Assembly: GCA_016700135.1 (NCBI GenBank)
Contig: CP065004.1
Coordinates: 660,001 to 692,000 of the forward strand
From: Candidatus Saccharimonadota bacterium
GTDB lineage: Bacteria; Patescibacteriota; Microgenomatia; UBA1406; GWC2-37-13
Direction: 5' to 3'
Length of the DNA stretch: 32,000 nucleotides
Part shown: positions 1-8,294 of the stretch, one piece after another
Layout of the letters: each line of letters opens with the position of its first letter
How positions within the stretch are numbered: the first letter of the stretch is position 1
The notes under the pieces: generated by a model
Databases searched by the model: none
Told to the model about the DNA's origin: nothing
Seen by the model: the letters and a program-made list of their open reading frames with translations, nothing else
Made by a program: the position numbers and the translations under genes

Positions 1-2
1 CA

Positions 3-3000
3 TTGTCTTCGAACGTTTCACTCCTGGGTCAGTCAATTGAGACAACAGAGATTACTGACGGAACGATCCTTCCCGTGGATATTAATTCCGGCGGAACGCC
101 CGCACAGAACGGATACTCGCTGATCTACAACAGTACTACTGAAACATTTGACTGGATATCACCGGCATCGTTGGGAATAAACTATTGGGCGCGTACCAGC
201 GGAGTACTTTCACCGGTCAATGCTGATGATGTGTTGAGTATTACAAGCAGTGTGACGACACCAATGTCACTCATAAATACAAGCGGTGGCGCATCATTTA
301 GAGTCGATGATCAGGCAGGGGATACTTCACCCTTTATTGTTGACAGTACAGGGAAAGTAGGAGTAGGAATGTCCACGCCCGTTCATAATTTGGATGTGGC
401 CGGGAAAATCGGTATCAATAATACGCAAATGATCTATTTGCCAAACCAGTCGGTTTTTACCGGATCATTGGTAATTGGAGACGGAGGTGGCTCTTTGACA
501 TATAGCACGGGGTCTGACGGACGTAATAATTTATTTGTCGGTATGGATGTCGGTAAATTTAATAGTACCGGTTATCATAATACGGTCTTGGGCCAACTCG
601 CCGGATATGCGATTACAACAGGAGGAAACAATACATTGGTCGGACGCGCGGCAGGAGCTACCCTTAATTCGGCGATTAATAATACTCTTTTGGGTACTGA
701 TGCCTCATTCCAGACGACCTCGGGAGGAGGAAATGTCGTCGTTGGTGCAGGTGCAAATTACAATAACCAGAGTGGTTCCAACAACGTCATTTTAGGATAC
801 CAGGCTGGATATGGTAACACGGTTCATAGTAAGACAGGAAATGTAATGATCGGCTATCGTGCAGGATATTTTGATAGCAATAACAATAAGCTCTATATAG
901 AAAACAGTAATGCTACGATGAATGATGCCCTCATCTACGGAGACTTCTCAACAGACCAAGTTACCATTAATGATTATCTCGGGGTCGGGAGAACAAATCC
1001 ACAGTATGCACTCGATGTAGTAGGAACGGGACGTTTTAGCGGAGATCTTCGGGTAACCGGAGCTTTTTGGGATAGTTTCAATGTGCAGGGAGCAACGGGA
1101 AATATTTTGACCAGTACTGAGACGGGGACGAGGTGGCTTGCGGCAAGTACGATTTTTGACGGGACTTACTTCAAACAGGACGGTAATAGCTTTACAGCTG
1201 ATGCAGTACTCGGGACCAACGATACCTTTGGCCTGGCATTAGAAACTGATGGTGCTACCCGTGTATATATTGATTCTGTTGGAAATGTTGGCATCGGAAC
1301 TACTGCTCCGGGAGACGAACTGGATGTTAACGGAGAGATAGATTCATCTACATTTTACAAATTGGAGAATGCAAAGATACTTGATGTCTATAATACAAGC
1401 TCATTAGCTTTAGGTCATGGTGCGGGAGCCTCCTTAACAAATCCTCAATATACGACCCTTATTGGGTATCAGGCGGGATACAATCTCACAGATGGATACT
1501 CAAATACGTTTATCGGAGCTTATGCAGGTTGGGACAACACCGGGGAATATAACACGTTTATCGGTAATGCTGCCGGACATGGGAATAGCTCACAAAACTA
1601 TTGGAACACTGCAATCGGTGACTCAGCGTTGTACTCTTTGGGGACGGGAGATGATCAAAATACGGCTTTAGGAATGGATGCTGGAGTCGATTTTGACGGT
1701 GGTGACAACAACGTATTTATTGGAGCGAATAGTGGCATAAGTGATGGGATGTCTAATTCTATTGTTCTGGGAACGAATGCCTGGGCGTACTCATCCAATC
1801 AATGGGTAGTTGGTGACGAAGCTGCCCCAATCAATAATGCTTTCTTTGGTGAAGGGGTATTCTCATCAACTCCGTCAGATATCACCATAAATGCAACAGG
1901 CGGTTCGGGATCTGATATTGATGGGGCCAACTTGATACTTGCAGGAGGAAAAGGAACGGGGAATGCAGCAGGAGGATACATTGCTTTTAGTACTTCAAAT
2001 GCAGGGTCTAGCGGATCCACTTCACAGACACTTACTGAGAAAATGAGATTAACTGCAGATGGGAGAGTAGGTATAGGTACAACTGCGCCGGGATCGAAGC
2101 TAAGTATCGATAGTTTGGGGACCGGGACAGGATCACCTCTCGTGATTGACTCAAGCGGAAACGTCTGGAAAGATACTTCTTCCCGCAAGTACAAGGTCAA
2201 CATCCAGCCGCTGAACACAGACTTCAGCAAAATACTGGATCTAAAACCGGTTTCATATGACTTCAAAGATACAGGAATGCACACGATCGGATACATTGCC
2301 GAAGAGGTAGATGCAGCAGGGTTGAAGGACCTGGTTGTATATGATACCGCCGGTCAGCCTGACGGTATCAAGTATGATCGTATGGCTATGTATCTGCTTG
2401 AGGTTGTGAAAGATCAGCAGAAGTCGATCAATGCACTAAAACAGGCTCAAATGACTCTGGATACCGAAGGTACCGTTGAAATGCCGTTGACTGAGGACAA
2501 TCAGCTTCCCACGACTGACTTTGAAAATATCGATATAAATGAAGAAGGCAATGAAGAATTCCTGGCTTTGCAGCATAAGGTTAATTATGAACTGACATCT
2601 GAAATTGCCGATATCAGAGGAAGCGTTGAGAGTCTGAAAACAGAGATGGAAAATATTCAAGAACAGGTTGATACAAACGGATTTGATAAAGTTGAGAACG
2701 CTCCATATATAGCTTCTCTTTCAGAAGAACTTCAGCGTCTTGCCGATGAAGTAACCGGACTTAAAACTGACTTCCTGACGGCATCAATTTCAGCGAATCT
2801 GTCAGGAATTGATACCGTCGTTTCTGATCTTACCGTCACGGGGAAAACAAATCTCTATGATGTAGGTGTGGTAGGAGATCTTGTAGCGGGCCTGGTCACA
2901 GTGGATGGTGTTGAAGCCAGCATTAATACGATCGGTGAACCTCTCAGACTTCAATCAGAAAAAATGGCAGACGTAGAATTTATGGGGGGACTGGTGCGTG

Positions 3001-3302
3001 TTACCAAAGAAGGAGACGTGCATATAGCAGGGGAAGTAAGTGCACAGAAGTTCGTAGTAAATACGGACGATCAACTCAATGCTTCTGCAGGAGAGGCGAT
3101 CATTCCTGCGGGTACGGACATTATTGAAATACAGACAGAGAGTGTCACGGAAGGATCTTTAATCTATGTGACCTTTACATCGGATTATACTCCCGCTACA
3201 AGGTACTGGGTAGAAAGCCGTAAGAAAGGGGAGTCCTTTATCCTCAAAACGGATAAAATCGTTGACAAAGCAAGCCAATTCTCCTGGTGGATTGTGAACT
3301 AA
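3..3302 (+). CDS. Giant fibre/adhesin-like surface protein; N-terminus lies outside the window (1099 aa visible)
   Basis: The ORF is open from the window edge. It has two blocks of short G/N-rich repeats (NNTLxG..AG..) resembling YadA-head/Hep_Hag-type beta-rolls, and recurrent VGIGTTAPGxxLDV motifs. An internal SSRKYK..LKPVSYDFKD..IGYIAEEV segment matches a peptidase-S74 intramolecular chaperone. This is followed by a heptad-like coiled-coil region and a C-terminal beta domain ending FSWWIVN, which resembles the C-terminus of 23152..28959. Confidence 0.8.
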   Translation: MSSNVSLLGQSIETTEITDGTILPVDINSGGTPAQNGYSLIYNSTTETFDWISPASLGINYWARTSGVLSPVNADDVLSITSSVTTPMSLINTSGGASFRVDDQAGDTSPFIVDSTGKVGVGMSTPVHNLDVAGKIGINNTQMIYLPNQSVFTGSLVIGDGGGSLTYSTGSDGRNNLFVGMDVGKFNSTGYHNTVLGQLAGYAITTGGNNTLVGRAAGATLNSAINNTLLGTDASFQTTSGGGNVVVGAGANYNNQSGSNNVILGYQAGYGNTVHSKTGNVMIGYRAGYFDSNNNKLYIENSNATMNDALIYGDFSTDQVTINDYLGVGRTNPQYALDVVGTGRFSGDLRVTGAFWDSFNVQGATGNILTSTETGTRWLAASTIFDGTYFKQDGNSFTADAVLGTNDTFGLALETDGATRVYIDSVGNVGIGTTAPGDELDVNGEIDSSTFYKLENAKILDVYNTSSLALGHGAGASLTNPQYTTLIGYQAGYNLTDGYSNTFIGAYAGWDNTGEYNTFIGNAAGHGNSSQNYWNTAIGDSALYSLGTGDDQNTALGMDAGVDFDGGDNNVFIGANSGISDGMSNSIVLGTNAWAYSSNQWVVGDEAAPINNAFFGEGVFSSTPSDITINATGGSGSDIDGANLILAGGKGTGNAAGGYIAFSTSNAGSSGSTSQTLTEKMRLTADGRVGIGTTAPGSKLSIDSLGTGTGSPLVIDSSGNVWKDTSSRKYKVNIQPLNTDFSKILDLKPVSYDFKDTGMHTIGYIAEEVDAAGLKDLVVYDTAGQPDGIKYDRMAMYLLEVVKDQQKSINALKQAQMTLDTEGTVEMPLTEDNQLPTTDFENIDINEEGNEEFLALQHKVNYELTSEIADIRGSVESLKTEMENIQEQVDTNGFDKVENAPYIASLSEELQRLADEVTGLKTDFLTASISANLSGIDTVVSDLTVTGKTNLYDVGVVGDLVAGLVTVDGVEASINTIGEPLRLQSEKMADVEFMGGLVRVTKEGDVHIAGEVSAQKFVVNTDDQLNASAGEAIIPAGTDIIEIQTESVTEGSLIYVTFTSDYTPATRYWVESRKKGESFILKTDKIVDKASQFSWWIVN
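2172..2450 (+). other. Peptidase S74 / endosialidase-type intramolecular chaperone auto-processing domain, internal to CDS 3..3302
   Basis: The sequence DTSSRKYKVNIQPL..ILDLKPVSYDFKD..HTIGYIAEEVD..DGIKYDRMAMYLLEVVKDQQKSINALK follows the remembered S74 pattern: S-x-R-x-K nucleophile region, L.PV.Y.(F/Y)K, IG(F/Y)IAqEv, then a terminal helix. Assigned from motif memory, not an HMM search. Confidence 0.6.
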
Positions 3303-5149
3303 TCTCCGTTATTCGTTATGGCGCTTATGATAGCTTCCGTATCAATTTCTTCTAGTCGAAGAAGCTCTGACGGTGTGCCTGATCGGGGTGTTTTCTTAAC
3401 ACAAAGATGACTAAACTTGACATCAATACCATCAATTGCAACACGTACTGCTTCCCCGAGGCCGCCATTCGGGTAATGGTCTTCGACAACAACAGTATGC
3501 CCCGTTTTTTCAGCGAATGAACGGATCGTATCAATATCCAGCGGCTTTACGCTATATGCATCAACGACAGCCGTAAAAATGCCTCTGTTTTCCAGTTCCT
3601 GTTGAGCTTTAAGTGCCTCATGAACTGTAATGCCGGCAGCAATTATGACGGCTGTATCTTTATCTGATTCACGTAGTACTTTTGAGCCTCCGATCGGGAA
3701 GGAATCGGTTGGTTTATAAAGAGTATCAGTCTTTGCACGGGTGAGTCTGAGGTATGAAAGCCCTTCATGTTTCCTCATTTCATCAACAAGCTTGATCGTA
3801 GAAACAGGATCGGAAGGATAAAGAACTGTGCTCTGCAACAATGCCCGCATCATTGCAATGTCTTCGAGAGCCATCTGGGATGATCCGTCTTCACCGATTG
3901 AAACACCCGCGTGTGAGCCCACGATCTTAATATTCGGATCGGAGTATTGAGCCATTCTGATCTGATCATAAGCTCGTGAAAGGAATGCGGCAAAGCTGGA
4001 TGCAAATGGCTTTAGCCCGATTTTTGACATACCGAGAGCCACAGATACCATGTTTTGTTCAGCAATATACATCTCAAAAAACCGGTCCGGGGCGACTTCC
4101 TTCATTTTTTCAGCGTATGTAGAGTTGGAAGTCTCCGCATCAAGGATTACCACACTTTCATCTTCTGCAATGTATTTCATTGCCTCACCATATCCTTCAC
4201 GAGTGGCCATTTGAGCAGCAGGGGGATTTTCAGGCATGGAAATAGTATCTTTAGCCAAATTTTTCACAGAAATTTTTTCAGGTATTTCAACTGTTCCAGT
4301 TAGAGTATGTTCAAAGTTTCCGATTTCCTTAAGTGCTTCATCTTTCATCTCCGGTGTAAGCGCTTTCCCGTGCCAACCGTCCTTATCTTCAACTGATGAG
4401 ACTCCGGCTCCTTTTTTTGTTTTTGCTAGGATCATCATCGGAGCTTTGGCAGTATTAAGATGGGTAAAAGCTTCTGTTACAGCTTTAAGATTGTTCCCGT
4501 CTTCAATTACGATAGTATTCCATCCGAACGATTCCAGGCGTTTCTGATATGTCTCCAGGTCCCATTCGAGCATAGTTGCACCGCGCTGGCCCAACCGGTT
4601 GATATCAAGGAGACCGACAAGGTTATTGAGTTTGTAATACGAAGCAAGCTGTAGGGCTTCATATATTTGCCCTTCAGCAAATTCGGAATCTCCCATTAGC
4701 ACCCAAACGTGCGGCTCCCTTTTAGGTTTCAGTTTTTGAGCCTTCATCTGGTATTTTATTCCTAAAGCCATACCCAGTCCCACGGATAAGCCTTGACCTA
4801 GTGAACCGGTAGCGACATCCACCCAGGGCAATTCGGTCGTGGGATGGCCTTCAAGGCGGGATGTGAACTTGCGGAGTGAAAGAAGTTCCTCCGTCGTAAT
4901 TTTTCCTGCAGCCTGATAAAGGCTATAAAGGAGCGGTGAAGCATGGCCCTTAGAAAAAATCATACGATCGTTAAAAATATATTTCGGATCATCGAAGTCG
5001 TAATGCAAATACCCACCAAACCATAATACCGTCATAATTTCAACGGCAGATAAGGATGTAGTAGGATGACCGGAACCTGCTTTAGTTGTAGAAGTAATAA
5101 TATTTGAGCGGATAAGTTTGGTTAGTTCTGGGAGATTGTTCTGTGACAT
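3299..5149 (-). CDS. tkt: Transketolase (single-polypeptide, 616 aa)
   Basis: N-terminal GSGHPTTSLSAVEIM.., then GHASPLLY, the GDSEFAEGQ..E ThDP/Mg site, and a C-terminal Pyr/TK-C region (FEMYIAEQNMV..). Its stop codon overlaps the stop of the convergent gene 3..3302 (3299..3302). Confidence 0.9.
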   Translation of the reverse strand: MSQNNLPELTKLIRSNIITSTTKAGSGHPTTSLSAVEIMTVLWFGGYLHYDFDDPKYIFNDRMIFSKGHASPLLYSLYQAAGKITTEELLSLRKFTSRLEGHPTTELPWVDVATGSLGQGLSVGLGMALGIKYQMKAQKLKPKREPHVWVLMGDSEFAEGQIYEALQLASYYKLNNLVGLLDINRLGQRGATMLEWDLETYQKRLESFGWNTIVIEDGNNLKAVTEAFTHLNTAKAPMMILAKTKKGAGVSSVEDKDGWHGKALTPEMKDEALKEIGNFEHTLTGTVEIPEKISVKNLAKDTISMPENPPAAQMATREGYGEAMKYIAEDESVVILDAETSNSTYAEKMKEVAPDRFFEMYIAEQNMVSVALGMSKIGLKPFASSFAAFLSRAYDQIRMAQYSDPNIKIVGSHAGVSIGEDGSSQMALEDIAMMRALLQSTVLYPSDPVSTIKLVDEMRKHEGLSYLRLTRAKTDTLYKPTDSFPIGGSKVLRESDKDTAVIIAAGITVHEALKAQQELENRGIFTAVVDAYSVKPLDIDTIRSFAEKTGHTVVVEDHYPNGGLGEAVRVAIDGIDVKFSHLCVKKTPRSGTPSELLRLEEIDTEAIISAITNNGD

Positions 5150-5157
5150 ATGTGCTT

Positions 5158-5163
5158 AGTATA
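5158..5163 (-). promoter_or_regulatory. -10-like box TATACT, 8 nt upstream of the tkt ATG (candidate leaderless promoter)
   Basis: The minus strand reads ..ctatgcTATACTaagcacatATG. No Shine-Dalgarno sequence lies between the box and the start. The -35 is weak. Confidence 0.35.
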
Positions 5164-5201
5164 GCATAGGCGCTATAAGAGAAAACAAAAAAACGTAAGA
5201 G

Positions 5202-6320
5202 TGAATAAGTTACGAAAGATATGGCACTCATAGGGAACTAACATCTATGAGTAAATGGGGAGGAGATCAGCTTCGAGTAATTAGGAGTTATGACTGGCAG
5301 TACAATAGAGATCTTATGAAAAAGATACGATCTCTATCAGACTACAATCAGTCAGATGTAGCACAAATCAGAAACGATGTTCTGACATTTGCAGAGAAGT
5401 ACGGGATACAAGCTGCAGTTGATGCATATGGGATATCACGAAGGACATTGTTTCGATGGAGGAAGAGACGGCGAGATTCAGAAGGGCAGTTGGATAGCCT
5501 GATACCAGAGACAACCAAGCCAAAGACACCCCGACGTATGGAGACTCACCCGAAGGTCATATCCTTTATCAAAGAGATTCGAGAACAATACTTTTGTTTG
5601 GGAAAGGAGAAGATCAAGCCCTTACTTGATGAGTATTGCCTACAGGAAGGAATTTCAACTATATCTGAGTCAACCATTGGAAAAGTGATCAAAAGACACA
5701 ACCTGCAGCGCAAGACCTACCGGATCTATCACAATCCAGCAAGTGGCTTTGCAAAACGGAAAGTAAAGTACCGACAGAAGGTCAAGCGGTCTCCCAAGGT
5801 GGAAGATACCGGATACATTGAGATTGATACCATCACGAAGTTTGTACACGGAATCAAGCTGTATGTCTTCAATGCAGTGGACATCAAACTCAAATTCCAG
5901 TTCTCCTACGGATACTCAAAACTCAACAGCCGAAACGGTGCTGATTTTATGAGAAGACTGGAACTAGTATACCCAATACAAGATGGTATAAAAACCATAC
6001 AAACAGATAACGGCCTCGAGTATCTGGGAAACTTCCATGACTATCTGGAAGAAAACAATATCCCACACCTCTTTATCTACCCCAGATGTCCCAAGATCAA
6101 TGCCTTTATTGAGCGAGCAAACAGAACACTCCAGGAAGAATTTATGAACCCCTACATCTATACCAAGTGGACCGGTATCGGATCATTCAATCGTCACCTT
6201 ATTGAATACCTCGTCTGGTACAATACAAAGCGAGTTCACAAAAGCCTGAACAATATTTCACCTATGGATTACCTATTATCTATTTTACCTAAAGAGTGCC
6301 ATATGTATGGAACTCATACA
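5202..6320 (+). mobile_element. IS481-family-like insertion sequence, copy 1 (1119 bp)
   Basis: Boundaries come from comparison with the inverted copy at 21862..22980. Ends are TGAATAAGTT.. and ..(rc)TGTATGAGTT, an imperfect IR of about 33 bp sharing a subterminal ATATGGCACTC. It is flanked by a 5-bp direct repeat AAGAG (5197..5201 and 6321..6325). It carries a single HTH+DDE(rve) ORF. Confidence 0.85.
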
Positions 6321-6329
6321 AAGAGATGA
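5247..6329 (+). CDS. IS481/IS3-like DDE transposase (HTH + integrase-core rve domain)
   Basis: The N-terminal region has a helix-turn-helix character (..GISRRTLFRWRKRR..). The DDE triad context is IEIDT.., QTDNGLEY.., FIERANRTLQEEF. The protein is identical to ORF 21826..22935 except for the last residues. The stop codon lies outside the element, in flanking DNA. Confidence 0.9.
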   Translation: MSKWGGDQLRVIRSYDWQYNRDLMKKIRSLSDYNQSDVAQIRNDVLTFAEKYGIQAAVDAYGISRRTLFRWRKRRRDSEGQLDSLIPETTKPKTPRRMETHPKVISFIKEIREQYFCLGKEKIKPLLDEYCLQEGISTISESTIGKVIKRHNLQRKTYRIYHNPASGFAKRKVKYRQKVKRSPKVEDTGYIEIDTITKFVHGIKLYVFNAVDIKLKFQFSYGYSKLNSRNGADFMRRLELVYPIQDGIKTIQTDNGLEYLGNFHDYLEENNIPHLFIYPRCPKINAFIERANRTLQEEFMNPYIYTKWTGIGSFNRHLIEYLVWYNTKRVHKSLNNISPMDYLLSILPKECHMYGTHTKR

Positions 6330-6382
6330 AATATCCTATAATATATGGTATAATAAGATCCATTATTATTGAAATAATCATT

Positions 6383-6757
6383 ATGTCTGAACTATTTCCA
6401 GCAAATACTGATAAAAAAATCGATAGAAGAACATTCCTCAGAAGTGCTGCAGGACTTTTTGGTCTAGCAGTTTTAACGGCATGCGGAGGTGGGCCAGATG
6501 GCACAAGTCCAACTCCAGCTCCGGCTGTAACCTCGGTTCCTGAGAGTCAGGGGTATGCCTGGGATGTAGACTGTACAGCTCAAGTACAAGTAGAAGCAGG
6601 TGATGTTTTTGGAGACGTTATTGACCGTGCGCAAGATACGTGTCCAAACCTCTCAATCCATGACGGATATGAATCTTTTTATATGCAGGATAGAAGTGTA
6701 AACAACATAATGGCAGGGGAGACAGTCACCTTAAATGACTACAAAAATGTACCATAA
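6383..6757 (+). CDS. Small secreted lipoprotein with a twin-arginine (Tat)-type signal peptide
   Basis: MSELFPANTDKKIDRRTFLRSAAGLFGLAVLTAC|GGG contains an RRxFL Tat motif followed by an h-region and an L-T-A-C lipobox. I moved the start from 6296, which lies inside the IS end, to the ATG at 6383. An extended -10 (TGgTATAAT) sits at 6346..6354. Confidence 0.55.
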   Translation: MSELFPANTDKKIDRRTFLRSAAGLFGLAVLTACGGGPDGTSPTPAPAVTSVPESQGYAWDVDCTAQVQVEAGDVFGDVIDRAQDTCPNLSIHDGYESFYMQDRSVNNIMAGETVTLNDYKNVP

Positions 6758-6765
6758 AAGTAAAT

Positions 6766-7095
6766 ATGGAAATTTTAAGAGTAAACTCAGTTGATAGAAA
6801 CAGGGTCATTACGCATGTAGCTGGTATAGCCTTACTGTTAGCAACACTGGCAGCCTATAAGTGGACACATCCGACAGTAGACCCGGATGCAGCTTATCCG
6901 AAACCGGCATGTTTTGATCAGCTTGATCCTGTCAATCAGAAGTATTTTCTGGACAACAGAGAATTCATTGTTAACCATCCGGATGCTTATTCGCCTCTCA
7001 CGGAGGAAGTATTGCTTCATGTTGATTGTCCGGCGGAAGATAGTCAGGTTATCGTGTCACCTGATAGCTCTGCACTTTCTGTAGAAGCTCCTTAG
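6766..7095 (+). CDS. Hypothetical small membrane-anchored protein
   Basis: The ORF starts 9 nt after the upstream stop. It has one N-terminal hydrophobic helix (VAGIALLLATLAAY). I recognise no homology. Its 3' end overlaps the convergent tyrS by 47 nt, which lowers confidence. Confidence 0.35.
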   Translation: MEILRVNSVDRNRVITHVAGIALLLATLAAYKWTHPTVDPDAAYPKPACFDQLDPVNQKYFLDNREFIVNHPDAYSPLTEEVLLHVDCPAEDSQVIVSPDSSALSVEAP

Positions 7096-8128
7096 CTTCT
7101 GCATTTTCTTCAAAATGCTTCCTTACGGGAGCGAGCAATTCGTCAAGAAGTTTAATGACGGTATTTTTAAGATCAAGCGGATGGAGGCTTTTATTGGCGT
7201 AATCCTGTTCAAGATCTTTATATGATGTGTAGGTTACTGTGCCGCCAAATTTTTCCGGACGTTCGATTTTCAGTTCACCAAAAGATTCAAATAAGATATA
7301 TTTACAGTATTCCAGAATTGGGTTTTCATCAACAATGCCTTCAGGTGCCCATGCTTTCAGTATTTTTCTTTTGATATCTTCTGCTGTATCTGTCATATAA
7401 ACCGCTGAATCGGGATGAGATTTTGACATTTTTATTGCAATGGTGCGTGAAGTTTTATCCTCTCCGGAAGCCTCAGGCGGCTGAGCAAGTCCCATCAGCA
7501 TGTGATGACTTACAACAACAGGTTTCCAAAAACCCAGCTGAGGTCCAATTTCACGGGCTAACATATTCACTTTTCTTTGATCCATGCCTAATTGGGTGAT
7601 TTTTGCCCCAAGTTTAAAAATATCTGCAGTTTGCATACAGGGATATATGATCTGAGCAGCAGTAAGATCCATAGATTCATCACGACCCATTATTTCTGCC
7701 GTTCGGATAAATCTTTTGAGGGAATTAGTTTTTGATATTTGAAGTACGAGCTTCCAGTAATCGGGTTCTTTTACCAGGTCTGATGCCCATACAAACTCAA
7801 CATGAGAAAGATCCATCCCGCATGCTTTCCATACTTCAATAAAATATTTTCCGACAGTTTGAATTCGTTCAAGATCTCCTCCCATTTTATTATTTGCATA
7901 CGCGTGCCAATCTGCGACCAACATCTTAAACTTTACTCCTGCCTTTGTCATCTTATTTACATTGATTGTACGGAGAATTCCCTGAGCGATGTGAATTTGT
8001 CCTGATGGCTCGAATCCATCATAAGCAATTAACTCTTCTTCTGATCCCAGAAGAGATGCAAGATCTTCTTTTGTGATAATTTCTTCTCCGACTTCACTGA
8101 TAAGCCGGATACGTTCATCGGTCGTCAT
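7049..8128 (-). CDS. tyrS: Tyrosyl-tRNA synthetase, archaeal/eukaryotic type
   Basis: It is collinear with the Methanocaldococcus-type TyrRS: AYDGFEPSGQIHIAQG (HIGH-like), YPCMQTADI, GMDQRKVNMLARE, KMSKS, and RPEKFGG..Y.SY..LE..Y....LHPLDLKN. Confidence 0.9.
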   Translation of the reverse strand: MTTDERIRLISEVGEEIITKEDLASLLGSEEELIAYDGFEPSGQIHIAQGILRTINVNKMTKAGVKFKMLVADWHAYANNKMGGDLERIQTVGKYFIEVWKACGMDLSHVEFVWASDLVKEPDYWKLVLQISKTNSLKRFIRTAEIMGRDESMDLTAAQIIYPCMQTADIFKLGAKITQLGMDQRKVNMLAREIGPQLGFWKPVVVSHHMLMGLAQPPEASGEDKTSRTIAIKMSKSHPDSAVYMTDTAEDIKRKILKAWAPEGIVDENPILEYCKYILFESFGELKIERPEKFGGTVTYTSYKDLEQDYANKSLHPLDLKNTVIKLLDELLAPVRKHFEENAEAKELLQKVQSYQVTR

Positions 8129-8135
8129 GTGAAAT

Positions 8136-8141
8136 AGTATA
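8136..8141 (-). promoter_or_regulatory. -10-like box TATACT, 7 nt upstream of the tyrS ATG (candidate leaderless promoter)
   Basis: The minus strand reads ..gcttatgctgTATACTatttcacATG, with no SD. Confidence 0.35.
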
Positions 8142-8198
8142 CAGCATAAGCTAAAGAGTAGCCAGTATCTTGTATAGGCTTTTGTGTAGACATCAATT

Positions 8199-8250
8199 AT
8201 GAAATGACGTTCATTTCATACACCTAAATACAGGTACCCCCTACCCGTAT
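8199..8250 (-). terminator. Two adjacent hairpins between the PPAT/DPCK-like stop and the tyrS promoter (possible terminator/insulator)
   Basis: 8228..8250: ATACGGGTA-GGGGG-TACCTGTAT on the minus strand, a 9-bp stem with one G-U. 8199..8219: ATGAAATGA-acg-TCATTTCAT, a 9-bp stem. Neither has a strong U-tract, so this is not a canonical intrinsic terminator. Confidence 0.25.
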
Positions 8251-8294
8251 CCATTTTGAAATTTACACACGGAAGGTGAGCTGATGGTTGAGGG

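Noticed and set aside
6296-6382. A shared N-terminus MPYVWNSYK.. on ORFs 6296..6757 and 21119..21886, which looks like a conserved protein start
   Set aside because: These codons are the outward-reading frame of the IS right end (..gccatatgtatggaactcataca). The identity is therefore an IS artefact. Real starts were placed at 6383 and 21829.
8129-8294. A T-box leader upstream of tyrS
   Set aside because: The region is only 166 nt long. It lacks the AGGGTGGNACCGCG T-box consensus (only GGGTAGGGGGTACC is present) and lacks a specifier-loop architecture. In addition, the best -10 sits 7 nt from the ATG, downstream of the hairpins.
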